The position numbers and the translations under genes were made by a program. Under the pieces are notes generated by a model. The model saw only the letters and a list, made by a program, of their open reading frames with translations. It was not told the origin of the DNA and did not search any database. This document shows positions 49,801 through 61,533 of a stretch of 64,000 bases of DNA, piece after piece. This DNA comes from Setoptus koraiensis. Lineage: Eukaryota; Animalia; Arthropoda. Position 1 is the first letter of the stretch, and each line of letters starts with the position of its first letter. The DNA lies in the NCBI GenBank assembly GCA_048013815.1, contig CM106585.1:4154001-4218000 (forward strand), in the 5' to 3' direction.

Positions 49801-52800
49801 CTCGCGCGCGGCTCCTCGCCAGTGCCTGATGCCCACAGACCGACGGCTTGATCAGGCGGCGGGAGGCGGGCGACGGGCGGCTTAGCAAACATTGTGTCGC
49901 CGTCGCACAGGCGATCGGATTATTTGGATTAGGAAACGAGCTTGTCGTTGGCTCGTCGTTGGCCGGCCGATTGCGGTGGGCAGTTGGCGATTGGCGATTG
50001 GTATCGGGATTGAATTCGTTTGAGCATTCGGACGCCTGGACGCTCGGACGCTCGGACGGTCGCATTCAATTCAATTTGTTGTCTTTATCCCGCCAAACCG
50101 AGAGCCGCTGGCCGGCCGACCGGACCGCGGCCGAGCAAGGCCGCGCAAAGGCGGCCTGACCGGGCAGCCGGGCCGACCTGGTCGCTAAATAGGCACACGG
50201 TCCGCTTAGACAGTCTAACAAGTGTCTATTTAAACTGTGGGCCGCAGCGCCAAGTTTAAACGGCCAGCGAGCAAATGAGCGTTTGAATGTGTGTCGCCAA
50301 AAAAGCGACCATTGCAAGCCACTTTTTGCAACGCCGAGCCTTTTTCTGGCTCGCTCTCTTTTATCCGCTCGCTTATCCTTTATCCTCTCTCTTTGATAAA
50401 GAGTCTTCATGTCCAATCAAACGGCTAAATAGAAAGCGACACAAAGAGCTAAATAGAGCCGAGCGCTGTTTACTCAATCGCCCGCTGTTTGCGCCTCCAT
50501 GCCTTGGCTTGTCATGGCTTTTGCATGCCCGGCCGGTCGGCCGCTCGACGACAAGCTAAGCGTGACCGCTGCCACTTTGCCCGTATTGTGCCGCTGCCAA
50601 TTGAATGCCAGCCGAGATTTCTCCTTTGAGCCTTTCAGTCGCAACATCAGCCCGAATGGCACTTTGAGAGAATGCGAACTTTGAATTTCGAACTTTGCAT
50701 CTCGAACTTTGAATTTCGAAGGCCCAAATTAGAATCGCGCTCAGAGAGAATCGGCGCGTTCTTTTGAGATGGCTCGCGCCGACCGCCGACTGGACGTTGC
50801 AAAGCCGACCGTCGAGTCACCGGCGCAAATCCCGATCAATTAAGCTATCCCAATCGATCGGGATTTGCATCGGCAACGCTCTGGCAAGGCGCCCTTTTTG
50901 CCCTTTGCTTGTGGCTGGCGCTGGCCCGGCACAATGGCGCGTTTGTTTGTTTATGCACTCGACAATTTTGAGAGAGGCGAGATTTTTTCTGGCCGTTCTC
51001 TCCGCGGCGTTCTGTTACATAATGGCCGATGCACTTATATGAAATGATCAAGTTATATCAGCTGCGACGGGTCGCACCGTCGGCCGTCGGATGATGCGCC
51101 GCCGCCGCCGCCGCATCGCGGCTACAAACGAGTGCTGACCCACAGCCGGCCCGAGCGGTCAGTTGGAGTTGTTCTCTTTGGCTGGACAGTTGGATAAATT
51201 GTGGCAGAGATAAATCTCGCCCAATGTTGGTCTGTTGGCGGATCATGTTGCATCATGTTCGATGGGCCGACCTGCTCGAGTCGCTAGTCGCCGCTTGTCG
51301 AAACAACAACAACAACGACGACAACAGCGACAACAACAGCAACGACAACAGCAGCAGCGACGACGGCAAAAAGTGATCCAATTCTTTCGCTCGTCTCGGT
51401 GCCCATTGTGGTCGTTCACCGGCCGTTGGCGCCGCCAGCCGGTCCGATCGAGCAGCGGGCCAACAAGTGTTTGTTTTTGTCATGACGGCGACGGCGACGA
51501 CGGTGACACCGCAACAAGATAAACGGCCGCTCAAATGGATTGGCCGAGTGCGATTTGAATCGCAATGGGCGCTCGGCGGCGCGGATGTCATGCAAATCAT
51601 TACGATTCATTTGTAAGTTCACACTGTCGCGGCAAAACAAGCGCCGGCCGCGGCAAAACAAGCGACGGCGACGGCAAAACAAGCGACGGCGGATTCACCT
51701 GGCTAGACAAATTCATTAGGGCACATCCATCAATCCGTCGTTGGCTCGGCACTCACTCTCGTTTAATGTTGACCGTTACGACGGCTCACACACTAGTTGC
51801 TCAGTGATGCAATCCGCGCGACAGGTGAATCTGTTCATTAGTTCATTCGTTGGCCTGTTACTGACACTGGCGCCACTCATGCATTATTACACATCATTCT
51901 CATGCAAGTTAACGGTTGTTGTCGTTGTTGCGCTGCTGTTGCTGTTGTTGCTGTTGACTGTATCATTTATCAATGATAAACATGATTCATAAATTATGTG
52001 CCAACTCCATCGGCTGCGCACACCGAACTAACTAACTAATGGTCAGAATGGTCACGCTAACCATAATACAGCAGCACACAGTTTTAATGGTAATAATGTG
52101 CGAACGATCACCGGAAGTAGCGTGAGAGACCCAGTGACGACCACGACGACGACGATCAGTGAACGCCAGTGACTGCCAGTGACTGCCAGCCAGTGATTGA
52201 TCAATTGATTGCCGTGCCGGGATAAGTCTTGCCAATTAATCTCTAATCATTGATCATCAGTAGTGCAGAGCAGCAGTGGTCAGCTGTGTGTTGTTGTGCC
52301 ATGGAGCTGTCAGTTGGGCCGCTGTCAGCTGTTCATTCAGCTGTTATGGTCAGCGTCAGCGTCAGTGGTATAAACGCCCAGTTAAACATTATTAAACGTT
52401 GTCCAGTTAAATGTCCAGTTAACGGTAACAGTAGTTGCCGTTATAATCATTTACATTATTAGCAGTTGCTCGCCACCATTTTCATTATTATTATTACTAT
52501 TATCATGTGAGACGACGGCTAGGCGATATTGTGAGACGATTGTGTGCAGGGGCCACTTGTGAGACTTCGTTGGCGATCTGGCCCAGAGATAGGCGATCAA
52601 TTAATCATTGGCTCTACTCGTATGTTTGGCCGGTTTTACGTCACGCGTCATTCGCACTGCCAACAGATTTAACGATTTAGGTCAGTTTAAATCTATGCGC
52701 TCGCTTGCCGTTGCAACTTGTTGCAAACAACAACAACAACAACCGTTACACTTTCCGTATTACGTAATAGTATTGCTCTACTCTGTTTGATGGAAATTTA

Positions 52801-53325
52801 TTTATTATAAATTATAGATTTCTCGCTCTTTGCGGCGTTTGCCGCTGTGGCCGTTACGTAATGGCCGTTACGTAATGGACGGCCCATAATGGACGGCCCG
52901 CAATGGACGCCCATGAGATGAGCTGAGGTGATGCTGCTCATTGCGCACACACGGCCGATATTCATGAATCAATCAGTGCTCTACTATCGCCGATAGTCTA
53001 TCTATAAGTATACAGTATAAATATCTGATTTATCTGATTATAATGACCGGCCATTACAGTGTGTGCAGCTTATCACAATGTGCGCAAGTTGTTACAATAA
53101 TAATCATAATAATAATAATAATAATAATAGACGGCCACAGCGAGACAAAAACACGGCCGGGCTCCCAATCAATTATCCGCATCATCATTAGGACTGATCA
53201 TCAGCTGATTGGCCGTTGAGCGAATTGATGATGGCGATCATCTCGCAGATTTACAGTAGTATCACTCACTGTTGCCTCGATATCATGATGGCTATCATTT
53301 GAATTCTCGAATCATCGCCAGGGCA

Positions 53326-53351
53326 GATATTCATCGCCGGCGATGAATATC
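53326..53351. repeat. 26-bp perfect palindrome within a GAT/ATC-rich repeat tract (about 53280-53480)
   Basis: GATATTCATCGCC|GGCGATGAATATC, followed by several gatattcattgat repeats. Confidence 0.95.
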
Positions 53352-56300
53352 ATCGCGCCGATGATGATATTCATTGATGATATTCATTGATGATTTGTAT
53401 TGATGATGTGCATTGATGATACGTCCGTTGATGATATTCATTGATGATACGTTTGTTGGTATGAGCTTGCATCATGAGATGATGAAATCAGGAAGCAGCC
53501 GCATTTTTTGCCAACAGGCTGCTGACGCAACTCACTGTGAGGCGGCCAGTGGAGCACTTTTGCTGGCTAGAATCAAATCAAATCAGGCACCGGATAAGGC
53601 GCGCAAGTGCGCCGAATGGAAGTGGATCAAATGGAAGTGGATCGAACAGGATCGAAACGGATAAGTTGCAAGCAGGCAAACAAGCGCAACAAGTGATAGA
53701 TTATGTATTGAAAGAAGCAGAAGAATCAATTATTGTTCATGTGGCCGTTGGCGCTGCGATGCTCTGGATTTGCAAATGATTGATGTGCTGCTCTTGTGCT
53801 CGCAACAAACAAAACCTCGCGCCAACAACAACAACAACAACAACAAACTGAGCCTCCAATAGTTACGTAACAATAGTTACAACTCTGTTGTGAGCATGAG
53901 TATGATAATAAGTTTTACCGTCCAATGCAATCTTGCTGATGCTGTTGCCGCTGTTGTTGCATGTAACCTGTTGGCAGAGGGCGCCCATGCTCGGACCGTT
54001 ACTTTTTTGCCGCCAGTGGCTTGTTACGCAACGTCGCATGTGTGTTGGCATGCGGTTAGGGCTGATGCAAATTCAAATCGACTTACTCTCGCTGCTTGTG
54101 TTTGCACAAAAGAGTTTGCCATCGATCACCGCAACCAGCCGAAGGGATGATTTTTGTTTTGATTTTGCGTTGTGATTTTGTTTTGACTTTGTTTTCATCT
54201 TGCTCTGACTGTGATTGCGACCAGCTGATAACGGCCCAACATGCGCCGTTACGTAACATCGTTCAATGTAACAAGCGCTCACTCATGCATTCATTCAAAT
54301 TAGCCGTCATCGTTGTCGTTGTCTCACGTTGTCAGTGGCGGGTCGCGTCAGTCGGGTCAGTCGCATCGCATCATGCGATCCGAGACACGACGCCGAGACA
54401 CAAGATCAATCATACATTCAACTGCTCACTAGACATTGAAACCGTTAGACGCGGTTACGCGGCCGGCGCACAATTGCGGCCCGACCGTCGTTGCGGGCAA
54501 TAGCGGTGCGATTGGCGTTGCGGCGCTCTCCTCTTGCATGACAGCAGCGGCTTAGGGCATCGGCCAGCAACGGCGACACAACGACGCCGCCACTTGGCGA
54601 CATAATCGTCGATGATGCGCTGACACGCCACCACTCGGACAGGTGAGCTGGAACTGGGAGCGATGACGCTCGATATGTATTACATCATGTATTATATTCA
54701 TGCGAATGCACAATATTCGCTCGATGGCGCACACATTCTCGGCTTGTATTTCTGGCCAGATCGGACAGACTCTGTCGGACAGAGATGCCAGAAATACTGC
54801 AGAGATTTATTTCGAGAAGTTTTGTTCTTTTTTTTGTCTTTGGTGCTTCTTCTCTCTGGGCTCTCTGAGCTCTATGAGATGCGTCACAATGTCGTCAGTG
54901 CGGAGCTCCAAAGACAAAAAGGGCGCTTGTTAGCCGACATCGACGCGCTGATGACACCGACGCTGGTGACACCGACGCTGGCGACACCGACGCTGGCGAC
55001 ACCGACGCACCGACCGAGTGAAGCGGCCAATTTCGGGCAATTTGAGCAATTGCAGCCAATTTCAGATTGAAATTGCGACCAATTTCGCTGGGCGCTTTCG
55101 ATTTAGCTGGCTGGCTTGCGCTGGCCTGACAGCCCGAAGAGACAATTGGCCATCTTCAGCCCGCAGCGACCATTACGTAATGGCGCAACTTGTGACTCAC
55201 ACAACTTGTGAGTTATGAGACGAGCAGCGCTTGCAAATCGATCTATTTCTGGAGCGAGCCTCGACGACACTAAACGATCCATTATTATCATTATTTTATT
55301 TTTATTTCGCCTGCCAACGGCAGCGCCCAGATGACACCGCTGACACAAGGGGAGAAAGTGCGCAATCGCGCCGCAAACTGTCACCCGAGCCCATATATCA
55401 CCCGTCGTAAAAATAGACACCGCTCTGCAGCGGGCAACTTTGCAGCGGGCAACAGGGCGCATTTCGGCGGCTTGCCCTGTGGCGACCGTGCCGGCGCGCT
55501 TGCGTTTATTTCGCCTATTTCGTGCCCCCGTTCGTATATTCGTCGGGCTCCCTCTGGCCGCTCGACTCTCCGTTGGGCAAGTGGCCGCCATTAGCAACAA
55601 TTGCCCGACACTTAATATGTCTCGACCTGGCCAGCGATCGCTCACCGTCGAACGCTTCGGCTGCGAACGCTTCGGCAGCGAACGCTTCGGCAGCGAACGC
55701 TCGCCTGGCGAACGACGAGGCGGCTACCGCAGGCGAGCGACGCCAACAAGACATTTGGATATGGCGAAATTGAAAATTAGGTCAACAGGTGAGACAGACA
55801 GACGGGCCAAAACAAACACGCCGTCGCCATGCCGAGACGCTTCGCTCATTTTTGGCTCATCTTCGATTCTCGCCTACTGTGCCCGCCGCTGCGGCTGCCT
55901 TTTCACCTTGATCGTGTTCCAGCTCACACTCTCACAAATTGTGACTCACAATTTGTGCCACTCGCCAGCCTGCAAAGCCTACAAAGTTTGTAGTACAAAC
56001 TGACCGTTGTGGCCAAACTGGCCGAACTGGCCGAACGGCGTCAAGGTTTCAATTGAAAAAATCATACCTACTTATTTTTAGTTTTGTTTTTGCGCTTGTG
56101 CGCCGTCAGTGGCAATGTGTCAGTATGCTACTGCTACATGACACGGTCACACCAGACATGACGCCACCACTGTGATTGCGCAATCAAGGACGACCGCATT
56201 GCTGGCCGCCGCTCGGGCCACTCGGGCCACTCGGGCCACTCGGGCCGCTTGCGCCGCTTGCGGCTGTCCGGCGGTCGCGCCGATTGGGGGCGCGCCGGTT

Positions 56301-56682
56301 CGGCCGGCGGCGCTCGCGAAATTGATGGCCGGCAAACAAAATGAAAAATTGGCCAATTTGCGCCGCTCATCACCGCCGGCCACTTGTCACTTTCGCAGCG
56401 CCCGCCCGACCGCCCGGGATACTGAATGCGCACTTTTGCGATGCGCAGGCGATTCGCAAGCGATACGCAGGCGATGCACGAAGCGATACAGCAAAAGCGA
56501 TATGCAAATTGGCTCCGGGGGGCCGACCGGCCCGAGCGGCGGCCGCCCGGCAGACGGCCGACGCTGAGCGATGCCGCTCCGAAGAGCAGAGCCCGACTGG
56601 CGGGACCGCAACGTGCCTCGTCCAGCCGCGATAATATCGCGCCGATGTGCGGCTATTTTCACGGCGTGCGAGCCGCCGCCAA

Positions 56683-56749
56683 CCTGTTACATAATGCCTG
56701 TTACATAATGCCTGTTACATAATGCCTGTTACATAATGCGTTACGCAAC
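56683..56749. promoter_or_regulatory. 14-bp tandem array, 4 copies of CCTGTTACATAATG plus GTTACGCAAC: multimerised PAR-bZIP-type sites
   Basis: Units start at 56683, 56697, 56711 and 56725. GTTACATAAT fits RTTAYRTAAY. Function is inferred. Confidence 0.55.
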
Positions 56750-58137
56750 CGATAATATATTGGGCCCGATGATGCATATTGTGATGGTCGCCAGTGGTGG
56801 CAGTGAGAGTGTTTTGGGCCATCATTCATCTTGCTGCAATAATCGCTGGCCGAGTGAGCGGTCACTGCGTGGCGCAAGTGTGTTCATTTGAGCCGCATAT
56901 TACATAATATTATATTTGGCTGTCAGACGCTGAGAGCCGCGTATGACAGAGCGCAATAAACAAACGATAATTCATTTTGTTTGTATTGGCTGTGTACTGG
57001 ACAGTTGCCTGTTGCATTATGCATGCCGAGCGCCGCCGAACGATGCCGAACGCTGCCGAATGCAGGCCAATGCGCGTATAAACGGCGCGGTTTGCGATGC
57101 GGCGGCCCACGATTGCGCAACGGCACGACTCACCTGTTGCGCCACTGATATATTGCGCAACAGATATTGTTTATGATACGTTTTTTTTTGTAAATATATA
57201 TGCTCGTTGTGCAATATATAATTTGTGTGTGTGTGTTTGTTTTAGTTTGCTCGCTCATAATTAGCGATGCATCTAACTGACCGGTGGCCCTACATTGCAT
57301 AATATAATTGACTTTCAACAGGCTGGTTCCATTATCGGCGTCATCAATCCAGCGGCCGCTATCATAAATTTGCTCCTATTTTGACCACCACTCTCGCTGA
57401 CCAGCCACGGCTGCGACTTTGTGACTCCAACTAGCAACCGTTGACCAACTGGCAAAACTGTAGCACTAATTAGACAGCGACTGGCGCCATCGCATCAAGG
57501 TCGCCGATTATGTAATACGCGCATATTATTGCTGCCACATGTATCATGCGATGTTGCTGCTGTTGCAGTTGTTGCTGTTGTTGTTGCTGTTGTTGCTGCT
57601 GTTGTTGTTGCTGTTGTTGCTGCTGTTGTTGTTGTCGGCAACGCATTACGCGCTTCAAAAGTTGCGTAATTATCGTGATGACGGGCATTGTGCGGCATGC
57701 GGCTCGCCGGCAATTGGCCGCTCGCTAAATGTAGGTTAGTGGTGCTGACAGGTGCGCAACAGCGACAAGATTCACTGACCATTCATTTTGGAGATTCATT
57801 ATGTTGTTGTTGCTGTTGTTGTTTTGCAGCGCCATTGGACTGGACCACACAGTGGCGCGCGCTGATTGATTATGTCCAATTGCTCGCCCAATTCAAATTA
57901 CTGCAAACAACTAATTTAAATAATGCCCACCAATACAACAACAGTTTGCTCATTATCGTCATGGCCATTCTGGCCAATTGCGCCAGAGCGGCCATTGGCA
58001 GCGCCGCCGCCGAGCCATTCGGACTGCGAATTTCGGAGCTCAGGTGACCTTGACTTGCGCACAAGCAGCGCATGATTTATAATGGCCAATGAAGCGCCTA
58101 GGCGCTCCACTTTTGCTCCACTTTTGCTCTGGCCTCT

Positions 58138-58257
58138 GGCCACTTGTATTGGTCAGCACTGGCCACTTGCGCTGGCTGGCGCTGGCCACTTGTATTGGTC
58201 AGCGCGGGCCACTTGTGCTGGTCAGCGCGGGCCACTTGTGTTGCATGGCAAGTGGCC
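58138..58257. promoter_or_regulatory. 23-bp tandem array, 5 copies with GGCCACTTG plus one inverted copy (CACTTG E-box / NK2-like)
   Basis: GGCCACTTG at 58138, 58161, 58184, 58207 and 58230; CAAGTGGCC at 58249. Confidence 0.5.
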
Positions 58258-60353
58258 AGCGGCCGGAGTGGCCGGTACGTAAGCATGAGTATTTATGCCC
58301 GAGCACAAATACAGATGTAACCGTCCGAATGCAAATGATACACACAAATGTACGAAATTTGTATTATAAATGATATTTATTTTTAGTAAAAGCCGCTAAT
58401 GGCCGCCGACAGTGACATAACTGGCCGACAGGTGAACGTTCGTCTATTGCGCACTCATAAATATTAGACCGGACAGGCTGCAAAAAGAAAAAAACGTATG
58501 CAATTGTGAGCCCACGTATGCCAATTACATGCCATGCCATCACTGTCGACGACATGTGTCGCCCACTAAATCTTTTTAATTATTCATCTTGGCGATGTTT
58601 GCATTCAAATGGTTGCAATTTACAAATGGATACAATTTACAAATGGATACATCATCGGCCCAACAAGCGGACAGTGCACTTGACCGTCCACTGCCGACCG
58701 ACTGAGCCGACCGCTGGCGACAACGGTCAGCAGTTGGCTAATTCGTCCAGTGCCGTAAGTGGTCAGTTTAGCGGCGGTTTGTTGCGGCTCGGCAGTGGTC
58801 AGTTTGGTTTCAATTTTGCGCTGACGGTGAGCGGTGTGCAGCGGCTTGTAGCGGCCGACTTTCGGGCCAACGGATTAACCCGGCGGCCGACAAATGACTG
58901 AATGGCAGCGCAAATGATGAGCGCCGTTAAGTTGCTGCCATGAATATTAATAATAAATGTTGCTCTGTCGCTGTGTGTCGCCATGGAGACGCGGCCGGAC
59001 AGTAATTAGGTTGATCTGAGCCAGCGACAAGCGCATCAACCTAATTGAGACTTGATGCCACACACAACCGGTCGGCGCTGAGTGGCCGCCGTCGGGTACC
59101 GCGGCTCGGGCGACATTGGACACTGGACACAGTGCGCGACACGCCGGCCACTTGGCGATTTGCGCCATTTCGCGAACGCGCCATTGCACAGCCTTGTGGG
59201 CGCTTGTCACCTGTTGAGCCGCTTGTTTGCGTCAGTTTGTGTCAGTTTGTGTCGGCTTGCGTCGGCTTGTGTCGGCTGGTTTGTCGCCGTTCGCTTGCGT
59301 CACTTTGCGTCAGCTGACTCGCCGCTGTTCGATGGCCGCTGGCTCAACAGGTGAGCCAGCGGCCATCGAACAGTTCAAGCTCAGCGCGGCCGAGGGTTCA
59401 AGTTGCAGATGGAAGCTCGAGATGGAGGCTGCAGATTGGACGAGCCACTGACAAATTGAATTGGCCGGCGCGCACGCTGAATAATCAGCCGGCGGATAAT
59501 CTGTGTCTCGAGGCTGGAGCTGTCCGGCGTCGTCGTATTTATTTATGTGCCTTCTTTCCGTCCACTTAACAAGCTCGGCAAGCAGCTTGTCGCTCGGGCT
59601 GCCTCGACACGCCGCCAAGTGCAACATCGGGCAACATTCGGCCGGTCATAACTCGTTTGGTCGTCGGCGTGCTCGTCAGGAATAAACATGAAGAGCTGCC
59701 ATTTTATCTGAGCGCTCTCGCCCGGCCGCTGCGCCGCCACTGACCGCTCACCACTGCAAGCTGCCCGCTCCGGCCGCTATGGCCGCTAATCTCGCCAAGC
59801 GAGCGATCTTGGCCGGCGCTTGTCGGCCGGCCAAGATCGCTCGTCATTACGGCTGGGGCCGTAATGACCACGATAATAACGGCTAAATGGTAATCAGTCA
59901 ACCTGATGCGTTGCATCGCCGGTGCGCTGCATCGCCGGTGCCCGGCATCGCCGATGCGCTGCTGCATCACCGATGCGCCGGGATGCGGACGACAGCGGCC
60001 GGCAGCGGCCGGCAGCGGCGCCAGCCAACATTGGCCGCAGTCATGATCAGGCGAGACCGTCCCGCCGAGCGAGCGAGCTGCTCGAGATCGTGAGCTAACA
60101 GATTTGATTGCTCATGCTGGCCGCTTGTCGATCGGGCCGGCGAATCGTCCAAATCTGGACGGCGGCGGCGGCTTAAGTCCGCCAGTGGCGCTTCTCATTC
60201 TGACACCGATACTCCAAATATCAAACTAATTAACTAAACGATTAACGGTTTATATGGTGGCTCGTTATCGCCGGAGCCGGCCGGCCCGACGTGCGCGCCG
60301 CGCACATCCAGCGGACGCTTGCGAGCGCCGATATAAACGCAAATACATGCATT

Positions 60354-60440
60354 CATATATTATATATTTATATATTATATATTTATATATTATATATTTA
60401 TATATTATATATCTATATGTTTGTATGTATGTATGCGCGA
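60354..60440. repeat. AT-rich low-complexity tract (TATATATTTATATAT-type, then TATG repeats)
   Basis: Seen directly. Confidence 0.9.
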
Positions 60441-61037
60441 ATGGGGCGCACATAAGGCAAACATGGCCGAATAATCCCGATTTATCCCTCTAAATCCAAA
60501 TTTGAATGCCGACAGCCTGGCTGCTGGGCGGCCGCCGACGACGCCACTTGCCACCGGTGCCGCCGTTAATGTTGGTCTCGGCATGATGAGCGCCTAACCA
60601 GTCTGAGCGGTTATTTGCATCCCGATTTGCGGCGTCATGTCACTTGGCCTCGGCTTATCATTATCGTTATTGTTGCAAGCCCTGGCGACCATTGGCGGCC
60701 ATTTATACCTCTCTAATATCCTAATATTGCAATGATATTCCAATGGCACTCTAATGATATTCTAACAATATTCTAATAGCATTCTGACAGTATTCTAATA
60801 ATATTCTAATGGCATTCTGACAGTGTTCTAATAATATTGTAATAAAACGGCAGCGTATGTATAATATTACTCTATATATAATATTTGCATTGCATGTAAC
60901 AGTTGGCTGCCGTTAACTCGTCGACCGGCGAGCGGTTTAGCAACGGGTTAGCGAGCCAACTGTTGACTGTGATGCCGACGATAATGCCACGCTAATGGCA
61001 ATAACACAAACAAACGAGCATCCAAATTTGAGTGCAA

Positions 61038-61121
61038 TTCGAATTTAGAATTCGAACATTCGAATTTAGAATTCGAACATTCGAATTTAGAATTCAAACA
61101 TTCGAATTTGGAATTCAAAAG
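61038..61121. repeat. 21-bp tandem repeat (TTCGAATTTAGAATTCGAACA), 4 copies
   Basis: Units start at 61038, 61059, 61080 and 61101. Confidence 0.92.
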
Positions 61122-61502
61122 TTCCAATTTGAATGCGAATGCGAATTCAGTGCCCACCAAGGGCACCTCTCATCGGCGCTTTTACGACAGCGCTCAATTA
61201 TCCGATATTTAATATTATAAACAAATAAAATGGCGGCCAGGCGATTTGAATTATCGCCATCGCCATTGTGTATGCCATGCTATAAATGTATGCACATGGT
61301 GGCTGCTGTTGTGGCGCCCCAACTGGCTTACATCGCCGTCGGTCGGCGAGAGATGGCGACCTGTCAAGACTCGAACGGTTGCAACGTGAGTCTCGGCTCA
61401 CAGCGCTAATCAGACCGCAAGTGACATCCACTGGCCACTGTGCCAGCCGCTAGAGGCGCTTGTCTAATGAAAGTCATTACGTCAGCACATTATGCAAATT
61501 GT

Positions 61503-61533
<31 letters not shown>

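Noticed and set aside
43458-58257. Regular 14-28 bp arrays as CRISPR-like repeats
   Set aside because: Units are contiguous with no unique spacers, there are no cas genes, and the context is eukaryotic. These are minisatellites.
61038-61121. TTCGAA arrays as canonical heat-shock elements
   Set aside because: An HSE needs alternating nGAAn pentamers. Here TTC and GAA mostly abut with no spacer, and GAA spacing is 6-8 nt; only isolated GAAnnTTC dyads occur.
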